Shown here piece by piece: positions 27,716 through 37,203 of a stretch of 50,766 bases of DNA (positions are counted from its first letter, which is position 1; every line of letters starts with the position of its first letter). The stretch comes from an uncultured bacterium. Its GTDB lineage: Bacteria > Auribacterota > JABMQX01 > JAFGEW01. The stretch covers positions 1-50,766 of the forward strand of contig CBDUSE010000003.1 in the NCBI GenBank assembly GCA_965369835.1, in the 5' to 3' direction. The notes below the pieces were generated by a model. It was not told the DNA's origin. It ran no database searches and worked only from the letters and a program-made list of their open reading frames with translations. The position numbers and the translations under genes were made by a program.

Positions 27716-30700
27716 ATGCCGAAGCCGACCGTGCTGACAGGACCGCCCGGCCCCGTGACGAACGAGGTGTTTTTTGCGCGCGTCGTCGAGTGGTGCACGA
27801 ACATACGCCGCGCCACCCGGCTGCGTTACATCGTCCCGACAGCGCGCCGCCGCATCGAGGTCGAGAACGCAATCCTCAACGCCTGCTGCGAAGGTCGTGC
27901 CCTGTGCCAGTCGCCCGTCGAGACGCTCGATCGCTTTGCCCAGAAGCTCTTCATCGCAAGCGAACCCTCGCGCCTCATCTCGTGGCGGGCGGCCGCAATG
28001 ATCGTCGAGATGCTTTTGAGCGATGCGCCCGCCGACTTCCCATCGCTCCTCGGCGAGCGCACCGCTCCCCTTCCCGGCCTCGTCCGCGAAATCGTACGCT
28101 CGCTCCGCGAACTCAAACGCTTCGCGGTTGAACCCGGGAGACTTCTGCACGACGCAGGCGGTGACCTGAAGGCGAAGGACCTCGCCCTCGTTTTCCGGCG
28201 CTACAACGCCTTCCTCGCCGAGAAGGGGTGGAACGACTTGCGGGATTGCCTTCTCGTCGTCGGGCGGCGACTCGCCGATCCGATCTTCCGCCACGACCAC
28301 CTCGCCGACGTCGAGTGGATCGTCTTCGATGGCTTTGCCGAGTTCAGCCCCTCCGAGATGCCGATCGTCCGTGCGCTCGCCGCGCAGGTCGAAACGACCT
28401 TCGTCTTCGACAGCGACCCGGAAATTCCAGGGCTCTTCCAGTCCCTCCCCGACCTTGCTGCACAGCCGAAGGAGCGGCTCCTCACAGGCCCCTTCGTGCC
28501 TGTCGCGCGCCTGGCTCTCACAGGGGGCGAAGAGCCGGTTCTACCCACACGGCCAGATGTCAGACTGATCGAAGCTGACACGCGCGACGACGAGATCGAG
28601 CAAATCGCCGCCGAGATCAAGCAGCTCCTTTGTGAAGGCGTCGCACAAGCGGACATCGTCATCGCCGTGCCGAATCTCGAACAGTACGCCGAGCTCGTCG
28701 AGGAAACGTTCGCCGCGCACGGCGTGCCCTGCACGCTCGCTCGCCGTGCGCCCCTTCTCGAATCACCCGTCACGGCAGCGGCCTTGATGCTGCTTGAGGC
28801 GCCTGCACGCGGATTCGAGCGCCGCGGCCTCATTCGCTTGTTCCAGTCGCCTCTCGTACGCTTCGAGGAAAACGGATCGTCGGTCGGTTCGAGCGCCCTC
28901 GACGACCTTGCCCGTGAGATGCGCATCTTCCGAGACAAAGAGGCGTGGCTCGCGGGCCTCCGGAATCGTCTGGCTCGCCTCGAAAGCGAACAGGCACGTC
29001 CCGAACTTCAGGCTCTCGACGAGGAACAAAGCGCAAGCCCTCGCTCGCGTGAACACGAACTCAGAACGCTGCGGTCGCTTGAAAACCCGTTGAAATCGGC
29101 GCTCGATCTACTCGACGGCTTACGGAAGTCGCGCCCCGCCGCCGCCTACGCCGCTTCCCTGCGCGACCTCATTGCCCGGTTTGGCATCAAAGACCTCGCG
29201 GAGAAGCTCGCGACATCAACGGCGCACTCGGGCGCCCACATGCAGAGCCTCCGCGAACTCCTCGCCGTTCTCGAGGAGATTGAGTTGCTCGACCGGGGTC
29301 GGGCAGAGCCTCGCGCCGTCTCGCTTGATCGGTTCATCGAGCTTCTTCGGTCATCGGTCGCCGCGACGCAAGTCAACGCCCACACGGCGCTCGAGGGCAT
29401 CGAGGTCCTCGACATTCGACGTGCCGCCGAGCGCCGTTCGGAGGTCCTTTTCCTCGCCGGTCTCGTCGAGGGCGCTGTGCCGGTGCCGAGGCGGCGTGAC
29501 GCATTGCTCCGCCCTTCCACGCGCGACAAACTCGGCCTGCCGGACAGAGAACGCCTTGCAGCTGACGCCGGGATCGAGGTGTACCGCGCACTTGCGAGCG
29601 CGTCCGAAAAACTGTTCCTGTGCCGGCCCAAGGCCGAAGGCGATACGCCTCTGCTTCGACCGACGCTCCTTGAGCGAATCGAGGCAACGTTGGCGTTGAC
29701 CGCTGAGCCGAAGCCTCGTGTGCCGACGTCCTGGGCCGGTCTGCTTCTTGCGCTTGGACGCCATGACCGCGCCTTTCCGCCCGTCGAGGCTTTGCTCGGC
29801 AACGAAGCATTCGCCGAGCAGGCCGCTCTCCACGCCTTCGCGCACAGCGAAGCCGTGCGACAAGCGCGTGCGGCGGCGCTCGGCACTCCGTCTCCGTATG
29901 CCGGTCGCCTCTCAGAACATCTTCTCGACGAGGTATGTCGCGTTTACGACCGTGAGCACGAGTTCAGCGCTACCGAGCTCGAGACCTACCGGCGCTGTCC
30001 CTTCCGCTTCTTCGCCACGTGGCTGCTCGGCCTTGCGCCGATCGAGGAACCGGAGGAAGAGATCCCCGCCGACAAGAAGGGGACACTCCTGCACACCATC
30101 TTCCGCAAGTTCTATGCTCAATGGATTGCGCAGCGGACGCCGCGTCGAATCACGCCGGAGAACTACCGAGAGGCTCTTGAGCTGCTGACGGCGATCGCGT
30201 GGCGGCACCTCGACGAGCAACCGTATAGCGGGTTCGTCTGGGAGAAGCTCCGGGATCGCCTGCTTGGCCGTGCCTCCAGCACGGGCGAGCGGACACCGGG
30301 CCTTTTCGAGAGCTTTGTTCGTGAGGAGATCAAGACCACCGGCAGCGTGACCGCGTGCACGCCGCGCTACTTCGAGCTCGGCTTCGGCCGCCACCGCCAC
30401 GCCAAGCCGCTCGATCCGGCGTCGAGAAAAGAGCCGATCGCAATCGAGGTTGGCGATCGCACGATTCGCCTCCACGGCGTCATTGACCGGATCGACACGA
30501 ACGAAGGAGACGGCACCTTCTGCGTGCTCGACTACAAATCGGGAAGCACGATCCCGAAGGCGAGCGAGATCCGCAAGGGCCTGAGCCTGCAACTTCCCAT
30601 CTACATCATGGCCGCGCGGGAAATCCTCGGCGAGGCGTACCGCTTTGCCGCGGCAGGCTACTTCCAGACGAAGGACGCATCCAACTGCGGCAAGAAGGGG

Positions 30701-30958
30701 TTCCTCGGCAACGAGACGCTTGCGCCCCGGGCCGTGGACCGCCGTTGGAGCAGGAGCTTCACGCTCGACGACGAAGGACTAGATAACTTGCTCGAGGAAG
30801 AGCGCAAGAGGATAGGCGAATCGGTCGTGGGCATCGAGTCGGGCCGGTTCCAAGTCACGGACCTCGCGCCCGACGACGCCGGCTGCCGCTCGTGCGATTT
30901 CAAGCACATCTGCCGCTACAACGGCATCACGGTGCGCACGTTTCGGGGTCGCACATGA
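27716..30958 (+). CDS. addB: AddB-type helicase-nuclease subunit (PD-(D/E)XK nuclease with Fe-S staple)
   Basis: ORF 27605..30958, with the ATG at 27716 preferred. It shows AddB-like architecture. The C-terminal nuclease module has Cys in YRRCPFRFF plus CRSCDFKHIC (Cx2Cx5C) and a VLDYK motif. The stop overlaps the addA start (ATGA at 30955-30958). Confidence 0.85.
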   Translation: MPKPTVLTGPPGPVTNEVFFARVVEWCTNIRRATRLRYIVPTARRRIEVENAILNACCEGRALCQSPVETLDRFAQKLFIASEPSRLISWRAAAMIVEMLLSDAPADFPSLLGERTAPLPGLVREIVRSLRELKRFAVEPGRLLHDAGGDLKAKDLALVFRRYNAFLAEKGWNDLRDCLLVVGRRLADPIFRHDHLADVEWIVFDGFAEFSPSEMPIVRALAAQVETTFVFDSDPEIPGLFQSLPDLAAQPKERLLTGPFVPVARLALTGGEEPVLPTRPDVRLIEADTRDDEIEQIAAEIKQLLCEGVAQADIVIAVPNLEQYAELVEETFAAHGVPCTLARRAPLLESPVTAAALMLLEAPARGFERRGLIRLFQSPLVRFEENGSSVGSSALDDLAREMRIFRDKEAWLAGLRNRLARLESEQARPELQALDEEQSASPRSREHELRTLRSLENPLKSALDLLDGLRKSRPAAAYAASLRDLIARFGIKDLAEKLATSTAHSGAHMQSLRELLAVLEEIELLDRGRAEPRAVSLDRFIELLRSSVAATQVNAHTALEGIEVLDIRRAAERRSEVLFLAGLVEGAVPVPRRRDALLRPSTRDKLGLPDRERLAADAGIEVYRALASASEKLFLCRPKAEGDTPLLRPTLLERIEATLALTAEPKPRVPTSWAGLLLALGRHDRAFPPVEALLGNEAFAEQAALHAFAHSEAVRQARAAALGTPSPYAGRLSEHLLDEVCRVYDREHEFSATELETYRRCPFRFFATWLLGLAPIEEPEEEIPADKKGTLLHTIFRKFYAQWIAQRTPRRITPENYREALELLTAIAWRHLDEQPYSGFVWEKLRDRLLGRASSTGERTPGLFESFVREEIKTTGSVTACTPRYFELGFGRHRHAKPLDPASRKEPIAIEVGDRTIRLHGVIDRIDTNEGDGTFCVLDYKSGSTIPKASEIRKGLSLQLPIYIMAAREILGEAYRFAAAGYFQTKDASNCGKKGFLGNETLAPRAVDRRWSRSFTLDDEGLDNLLEEERKRIGESVVGIESGRFQVTDLAPDDAGCRSCDFKHICRYNGITVRTFRGRT

Positions 30959-33900
30959 GCAATGTGGACTACACACTGGGTCAGCGCAAAGCGATTGATT
31001 CCCGGGGCAGTGTCTCCGTTCGAGCCGGTGCAGGCTCGGGCAAGACGCGTGTGCTCACCGCCCGCTATAGACGCGCCCTTGAAAAGAACCTCGTGCCTGC
31101 CGACATCGTCGCGATCACGTTTACCGAGAAAGCCGCCGCCGAGATGCGCGAGCGCATTCGCGATGCAATCGGCCAAATTGACAAGGACGCATCCGAGATT
31201 GCCCGCCTGCAGGAGCTGCTTGCCGACGCGCCCATCAGCACGATCCACGCCTTCTGCGCAGGTCTCCTGCACGAGTTTCCCGTCGAGGCCGGAGTGGATC
31301 CCGCGTTTGAGGTTGCGGAAGAGTCTCGGTCATGGCAGCTCAGGCGCCAGGCGGTGGATGCAGCTATCGCCGAGGCCGCCGCCGACTCCAAACATCCGGC
31401 CCGGCCGCACCTCGATACGCTGCTGACGTTCTATCCGCGGCGCCAGGTTGCCGACATGCTCGCGGAGATTCTTGACAAGCGCCGCTACTTCCCCGACGAG
31501 ACGTGCCGCCTCCTCGAGCTTCAGCCGAACGAACTCGCGGCCAAGTGGCAGTGGCTCCTTCGGAAGGAGATCTGCGCCGTGATGCACGCTATCGCGGGGA
31601 ACGCCGCCGTCGCTTCCTTAGTTGCGGAACTCGCCTCGCGTGCCGATCAATGCGCCGACTCGAGGGACAAGCTCTACGAAAAGGTCCGACTGATCCTCGA
31701 CGCTTTCGATGAGCTTGCCGGCAATTCGGAAGAGGGCGCGCTTGCCGCAGCGGCCGCACTCGGCGACGCTCTTCTCACAAAGGACGGCAAGCCCAGGGGC
31801 TTCAGCAGAGTCGCCAGCGCCGGTAACTGGCCCGGCGGTACGCTCGAGGAGGTGAAACGGTTACTCGGCGATCTTGCCCGGCACATGACGCCGCTCAAGT
31901 CGCTGCGGAAGATCGCGCTCGACGACACCGACCGCCTCATCGCGCGCGTCGTCCATTCGCTGTGGCGGCTCGTCGTCGAGGTCGAAGCAGAGTACCGGGC
32001 GATCAAGGGCAACGGCCGAGTCCTCGACTTCGACGATCTCGAAAGCGACGCGATCGCGCTGCTGGAGTCCGAGCGCGGTAAGTCAATCCGCGAGACCATC
32101 CGGAAACGCTATCGCCTGATCCTCGTTGACGAGTCCCAGGACCTGAACTTCTTGCAGTTTCGGCTCATTACGCTCTTGCTCGACAGCCACTCACAAAGCA
32201 AGGCCAACGACCTGTTCGTCGTCGGCGACCCGCAGCAGTCCATTTTCGCGTTTCGTAACGCCGATGTGCGGCTCTTCGACGAGATTCGCGAGAAACTTGT
32301 ACCGCGGAGCGCGTCGCACCTTCCGCTTGGCAACAACTTCCGCAGCACACCCGCGCTCGTAGCGTTCGCCAACAGACTGTTCGCCGGCTTGATGACGGGC
32401 GGCGAGGACTTCGACGTTACGTACAGTCCCATGCAAGCGGACCGGAAGCCCGAATTCGACTCCTCGATCGAGCTGCTGCTGCCAAACGTCCCCGACGACA
32501 CGCACGACTATGGCGGCGAACGGGACGATCCTCGAGCCCGCGCAATCGCCGAGCGAATCACCGCGCTCGTCGAGAACGGCCCTGAGCGGGTGCCCGACGA
32601 TAGGAAGAAGGGCGAGGGCAACCTTCGCCGGCCCAACTACGGCGAGATCGCCATACTCCTCCGCACACGGAATCCCCTCCCCGCCTTACTCGACGCCTTT
32701 TGCGCGAGCAACATCCCATGTACGGTCTACAAGGGCATCGGGTTCTACCAGACGCAGGAAGTGCGCGACGTCTACACATGCTTTCGTTTCCTTGCCGACC
32801 CGTCGAGAGACCTCGACCTCGCGGGCCTTCTCCGGTCACCGTTCTTCGGCCTCTCGGACGACGGGCTCTTCCTCCTCGCACACGGCCGCGGCGACGCAAC
32901 GCTCTACGATGAACTGCTCAAGCCGCGCAGACCCGGCGAGTTTTCCGCGAAAGATCAGAACGTGGTCGAGCGCGCCCAGGCCCTTATCCCCTCGTGGCTG
33001 AGCATGGTTGACCTGGCGAAGCCGTCGTCGCTGCTGCACCGCCTTCTCGACGACACGGGCGCCTGGGGGATTTTTAGCGCGATGGGGAGCGCGGGTACCC
33101 TCAGGAAACTCCTTCGGGTCCTGCGCGGCTTTCAGGCGTCCGGCGCGTCGCTCGCGCAAGTCGTCGAGGTGCTCGACGAACACATCCACAACGTTCCACG
33201 AGAGGGCATTGAACTGGACGAGTCGCTGTCCGACAACACGGTCAAGATCATGACGGTCCACGCGGCCAAGGGCCTCGAGTTCCCGATCGTATTCGTCGTC
33301 GGCCTCGACGACAACCTGAAGCGGGGCGGCCCGCCGTCAGCCCTCCAGGTTGATCCTGATCTTGGCTTTGCACTCGATACGCCACCCGCCCTCCGGGATG
33401 CCGAGAACAAGGGCGCCATCCATCAGCTCATCGCCGAACGCAGCCGGCGCAAGGAACTCGCCGAGGCGCGGCGTCTCCTCTACGTCGCCTGCACCCGCGC
33501 ACAAGACCACCTCTTCCTCGTGGGCAACAGCGAAAAACGGCCGCCGGCCGAAAGCTGGCAGCGGTGGATCCTTGACTCGCTCGGCGTTTCAGACAATGGC
33601 GCTTTGCGCGACGTGGTAATCGGTGAAGGAGTGACGCTTCGGATTGTGCGGGAAGCTCCGCGCGCTCCCGAGTCGCTTCCGTCACCCGAGGTATTTGCTG
33701 GTGTTGAGCAGGATGGTGATACTCATCGAGAAGCCGTGGACATCGAGCAGCTTGCGAGGTTGCTTGCACCAATCCCTCCCAAGAGGCATCAACCCGCCTT
33801 CTCGGTCACGCAACTGCGGGACTTCGAGCGCTGTCCGCGCCTATACTACGTGCGGCACGTTCTCGGCATTCGCTTTGACGAGCGGCCGATGTTGCCGGAC

Positions 33901-34572
33901 GACGTGCGCGACGAATATCCCGACGAGGAAGATCACGACGGCGATCAGCGAATCCTTGGCGTCGTCGTTCACGCATTACTCGAGCAGTTCGGCGCCACGA
34001 CGAGCACGACGCTCGAAGCGGTCGCGCAACGGACCGCGTACAACGAAACGTCCAAAGACGCCAGGGCGGACCAGCTCGCCTATCACGCCGTGGAGATCGT
34101 TCGTTCCTTGACGAAAAGCGAACTTGGCGCATCGCTCCTGAAGGCCGAGTCCTTTCGCGAACTGCCGTTCGCACTCCGACTCGACGGCGCCATCCTGCGC
34201 GGCCGCATTGACCGCCTCTTCGAGGGCACGCCGCCTCTCGTCGTGGACTTCAAGCTGCCGCGCGAACCTCATAAGGCGACCCGCGAGTCTCTCGACGAGA
34301 AGTACGGCCTTCAATTACGCGCGTACTCGCTTGCGGTCTCGAGGCTTCTCGAAACGGACGTGGTGCGCGCGGCAATCGTCCTGCCCGAGACTAAAGCGTC
34401 CTTCGAGTGGAAGTACGGCCCCGACGACTTGGCGCGAATAGAGCGCGAGCTCGTCGAGCGCATCGCCGCGATCACGGTCACCGACCTGCCAGAGCTATTC
34501 CGGTCCGGCCCTTGCTGCGGGCGATGCATCGTCTGCCGCACCATGCCCGCCGCGACGGCTACTCGTACCTGA
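30955..34572 (+). CDS. addA: AddA-type UvrD/Rep helicase fused to a C-terminal PD-(D/E)XK nuclease
   Basis: Walker A GAGSGKT, a DExx box (ILVDESQD) and UvrD motifs (VGDPQQSIFAFRNA, TVHAAKGLEFP, LLYVACTRA). The C-terminal nuclease module reads RIDRL...VVDFK...LQLRAY. Confidence 0.9.
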   Translation: MSNVDYTLGQRKAIDSRGSVSVRAGAGSGKTRVLTARYRRALEKNLVPADIVAITFTEKAAAEMRERIRDAIGQIDKDASEIARLQELLADAPISTIHAFCAGLLHEFPVEAGVDPAFEVAEESRSWQLRRQAVDAAIAEAAADSKHPARPHLDTLLTFYPRRQVADMLAEILDKRRYFPDETCRLLELQPNELAAKWQWLLRKEICAVMHAIAGNAAVASLVAELASRADQCADSRDKLYEKVRLILDAFDELAGNSEEGALAAAAALGDALLTKDGKPRGFSRVASAGNWPGGTLEEVKRLLGDLARHMTPLKSLRKIALDDTDRLIARVVHSLWRLVVEVEAEYRAIKGNGRVLDFDDLESDAIALLESERGKSIRETIRKRYRLILVDESQDLNFLQFRLITLLLDSHSQSKANDLFVVGDPQQSIFAFRNADVRLFDEIREKLVPRSASHLPLGNNFRSTPALVAFANRLFAGLMTGGEDFDVTYSPMQADRKPEFDSSIELLLPNVPDDTHDYGGERDDPRARAIAERITALVENGPERVPDDRKKGEGNLRRPNYGEIAILLRTRNPLPALLDAFCASNIPCTVYKGIGFYQTQEVRDVYTCFRFLADPSRDLDLAGLLRSPFFGLSDDGLFLLAHGRGDATLYDELLKPRRPGEFSAKDQNVVERAQALIPSWLSMVDLAKPSSLLHRLLDDTGAWGIFSAMGSAGTLRKLLRVLRGFQASGASLAQVVEVLDEHIHNVPREGIELDESLSDNTVKIMTVHAAKGLEFPIVFVVGLDDNLKRGGPPSALQVDPDLGFALDTPPALRDAENKGAIHQLIAERSRRKELAEARRLLYVACTRAQDHLFLVGNSEKRPPAESWQRWILDSLGVSDNGALRDVVIGEGVTLRIVREAPRAPESLPSPEVFAGVEQDGDTHREAVDIEQLARLLAPIPPKRHQPAFSVTQLRDFERCPRLYYVRHVLGIRFDERPMLPDDVRDEYPDEEDHDGDQRILGVVVHALLEQFGATTSTTLEAVAQRTAYNETSKDARADQLAYHAVEIVRSLTKSELGASLLKAESFRELPFALRLDGAILRGRIDRLFEGTPPLVVDFKLPREPHKATRESLDEKYGLQLRAYSLAVSRLLETDVVRAAIVLPETKASFEWKYGPDDLARIERELVERIAAITVTDLPELFRSGPCCGRCIVCRTMPAATATRT

Positions 34573-35092
34573 GATCGAAAATGGCCGTCCCGTCGCTCCC
34601 GATCCCGACGAGCTTCGTGTAGTGGATCGAGTAGAGGTGGACCACCTTGTCGGGCGAGCCGTGCGTCTCGATAACGTCGGCGATGAAGATCGTGTGATCG
34701 CCGGCCGTGATCGTGTTGACGACCCTGCACTCGAACGCCGCCGTCGAGCCCTCGATCAGCGGCGGCCGCACTTGCTTCGCCGGCACGGCGACCAGGCCGC
34801 CCTCGCCGAACTTGTCGAAGTCTCGGCCCGACGCCCGGCCTGCCTTCCACGCGGGCCGCGCAAGTTGTGCTGAGGGGAAACAGAGCGCGAACTCGCCGCA
34901 CGCCTCGAGGTTCGCGTGCGAATAGCGCCCCGGCGCAACCGAGATGGCCACCATCAGCGGCGAGCCCGAAGCAAACGTCCACCACGCCAGCCCGATCGCG
35001 TTCGGTTTCCCCTCGGCGTTCACCGTCGTCGCCAACACGTAAGGGAACGGCGACGCAAGCGTGACCGCCATCTGCCTGTCAACCGTCTGCAT
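34559..35092 (-). CDS. Flavin reductase-like FMN-binding protein
   Basis: 177 aa. The Flavin_Reduct-type pattern is present (PFPYVLATTVNAEGKPNAIGLAWWTFASGSPLMVAISV...GDHTIFIADV). Its 3' end overlaps the addA 3' end by 14 nt (convergent). Confidence 0.85.
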   Translation of the reverse strand: MQTVDRQMAVTLASPFPYVLATTVNAEGKPNAIGLAWWTFASGSPLMVAISVAPGRYSHANLEACGEFALCFPSAQLARPAWKAGRASGRDFDKFGEGGLVAVPAKQVRPPLIEGSTAAFECRVVNTITAGDHTIFIADVIETHGSPDKVVHLYSIHYTKLVGIGSDGTAIFDLRYE

Positions 35093-35278
35093 ACTGCGTC
35101 CTCCGCGCGTTCACGTCTGAGACATTCTCCTCGTGTTTCATCATATCGCATTGCCCCGCTCAGCGCCAGACGCGGAACTTTCGGGTTGCGCCTCATCGCC
35201 GGGAACGCTATACGTACGGAGCGGGTCTTCGCCCGCGCCGGTCGAGCAAAGCACGCACAGCATAAGGGGAGGTAGAGA

Positions 35279-36127
35279 ATGTTTCGCAGGATGGTTTGCA
35301 TGGCAGCCGTCTTGTCATTCGTCGCCTTGGGCATGCCGGCAATGGCCGCCGAGGAAGGAGAGTTCATTTTCTTCGGCGTCGTCACCGTGCGCGACGGCAA
35401 GACCGTACTTTTCCAGAATCCTGACTTAACCAAAGAGCAGGTCGCGCTTTGCAGGGACAAGCTCAAGCACTTCCTCGGTCTTGACCGGACCTTCACAACG
35501 TCCAAGTACGAGAAGGGCGGCCTCAAGTATGAGTGGGGCAGCTTGAAGGGTGGTCTTGCTGAGGATGGGCTCGTCCCCTACGTCGCCTATTTCGTCACGC
35601 CGAATCAGTACGTCAGCCTCACCGCTGGGAACGCCGAGCCGCGCGCGCTGAACATGATCTTCCAGCGTGGCTCGACGCCGGGCATCGCCTCCCTTCGCTG
35701 GTGGGCGCCCGAGACCACCGAGAAGTGCGACCTCTCGCTCGAGTACTACGACGACTCGAGCTACAAGGCCGTCGCCACGCTCAAGGACGACGAGATCGGC
35801 CCCGGCCCAAGCGGCAAAAGCCCCGACGGCGTGAACTGGAAGGTCACGGGCATCGAGCCGAAGGGGAACGGCCTCGTCGTCAAAGTTGAGACGGACGAGG
35901 GACCGGAAGGCCATCAGTTTGTCTTTTGGATCGCAACGAAAAGGTTCAAAACTCCACGCCAAACGTCCCCATCGCCTCAGAAAACCGAGGACGGGAAAGG
36001 GTTTGTTTACTCCGTGTTCTACATGGTGAAAAGCGAAGAGGAACTTGGGTATCTCGATATTCGTGAGCGGCTCCCCGAGCGCACCAACACATGGGAGGCG
36101 AAGGGGTTCTTGCTCAGAGGCAAGTGA
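35279..36127 (+). CDS. Secreted hypothetical protein, paralogue A (no domain recognised)
   Basis: GGGGAGG RBS and ATG at 35279. The Sec signal peptide ends AMA|AEE. GC3 bias is consistent. It is clearly paralogous to the next gene. Confidence 0.8.
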   Translation: MFRRMVCMAAVLSFVALGMPAMAAEEGEFIFFGVVTVRDGKTVLFQNPDLTKEQVALCRDKLKHFLGLDRTFTTSKYEKGGLKYEWGSLKGGLAEDGLVPYVAYFVTPNQYVSLTAGNAEPRALNMIFQRGSTPGIASLRWWAPETTEKCDLSLEYYDDSSYKAVATLKDDEIGPGPSGKSPDGVNWKVTGIEPKGNGLVVKVETDEGPEGHQFVFWIATKRFKTPRQTSPSPQKTEDGKGFVYSVFYMVKSEEELGYLDIRERLPERTNTWEAKGFLLRGK

Positions 36128-36174
36128 GCCGATACATCCTACAACAGCCGATACGTGGCAGAGGGAGACTGGAA

Positions 36175-37023
36175 ATGCTTCAAAAAGCTGTGTTTTGTGG
36201 AGCGTTGCTATTGGTCATCGCCTTAGGCGTGCCGGCAACAGCCGCCGAGGAGGGAGAGTTCATTTTCTTCGGCGTCGTCACCGTGCGCGAAGGCAAAACA
36301 GTGCTCTTCCAGAACTCCGACCTTACGGAAGAGCAGATCAAGACGTGCAAGGAGGCCCTTAAGAGATGCATCCAGCTCGACCGGACATACACGACGGGCA
36401 AGGACAAGGAAGGCGAGCTCACGTACAAGTGGGGCGATGACGAGGGTACACTCAGCGAAGGTGGGCTCGTCCCATACATCGCCTACTTCGTCACACCCGA
36501 CCAGTTCATCCAGATTGACAAGGCGAACGCCCAGCCGCGCGCGCAGTACATGACCTTCCAGCGCTCCTCCACGATCGGTTTCGCCGACCTCCGCTGGTGG
36601 GCGCCGGAGACGACCGAGAAATGTGACCTGTCGCTCGAGTACTACGACGACTCGAGCTACAACGTCGTCGCCGTCCTCAAGAACGATAAGATCGCCGTCG
36701 GCACCGGCGGCACAAGCCCGGACGGCGTCAACTGGAAGATCGCCAGCATCGAGGAGAAGGAACGGGAGGTCGTGATCAACGTCGAGACGGACAAGGGACC
36801 GGAAGGCCACGAGTTCGTCTTCTGGATCGCGACGAAGAAGTTCAAGACACTACGACAGGACTCGCCCTGGACGAAGGAGAGCGAGGACGGCGAGAAGCTC
36901 ATCTATCCCGCATCGCACTGGGCCAAGAGCAAAGCTGACATCAGCCACTTCGAGATCCGCGAGCGCCACCCCGATCGCATCAAGAAATGGGAGACCAAGG
37001 GCTTTCGCTTGAAGCCCAAGTAG
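36175..37023 (+). CDS. Secreted hypothetical protein, paralogue B (no domain recognised)
   Basis: ORF 36091..37023. The ATG at 36175 follows GAGGGAG (36161-36167). The signal peptide ends ATA|AEE. It is the same length (282 aa) and collinear with paralogue A. Confidence 0.8.
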   Translation: MLQKAVFCGALLLVIALGVPATAAEEGEFIFFGVVTVREGKTVLFQNSDLTEEQIKTCKEALKRCIQLDRTYTTGKDKEGELTYKWGDDEGTLSEGGLVPYIAYFVTPDQFIQIDKANAQPRAQYMTFQRSSTIGFADLRWWAPETTEKCDLSLEYYDDSSYNVVAVLKNDKIAVGTGGTSPDGVNWKIASIEEKEREVVINVETDKGPEGHEFVFWIATKKFKTLRQDSPWTKESEDGEKLIYPASHWAKSKADISHFEIRERHPDRIKKWETKGFRLKPK

Positions 37024-37203
37024 TTCACGCGCTACCCGGCGCCAAGAAGACGGCTTCGCGCTTTCCGGCGGTGACGCACGTCATCGGGAGACCGATCAAG
37101 GAAGTCGCTGTAGCGGAGGCAATCGAGGCCCACTGGAAAACCCGCCCCGGCCTCTCGAGCCGGCACGTAGCGAGCTTCGGGCCGCGCACGACGAGGATGC
37201 CGA

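Noticed and set aside
27716-34572. The helicase-nuclease pair as a phage-defence system (Gabija-, Hachiman- or Nhi-like).
   Set aside because: The size, domain order, Fe-S staple and translational coupling match housekeeping AddAB. There are no ATPase/TOPRIM, methylase or other defence partners, and the flanking genes are metabolic.
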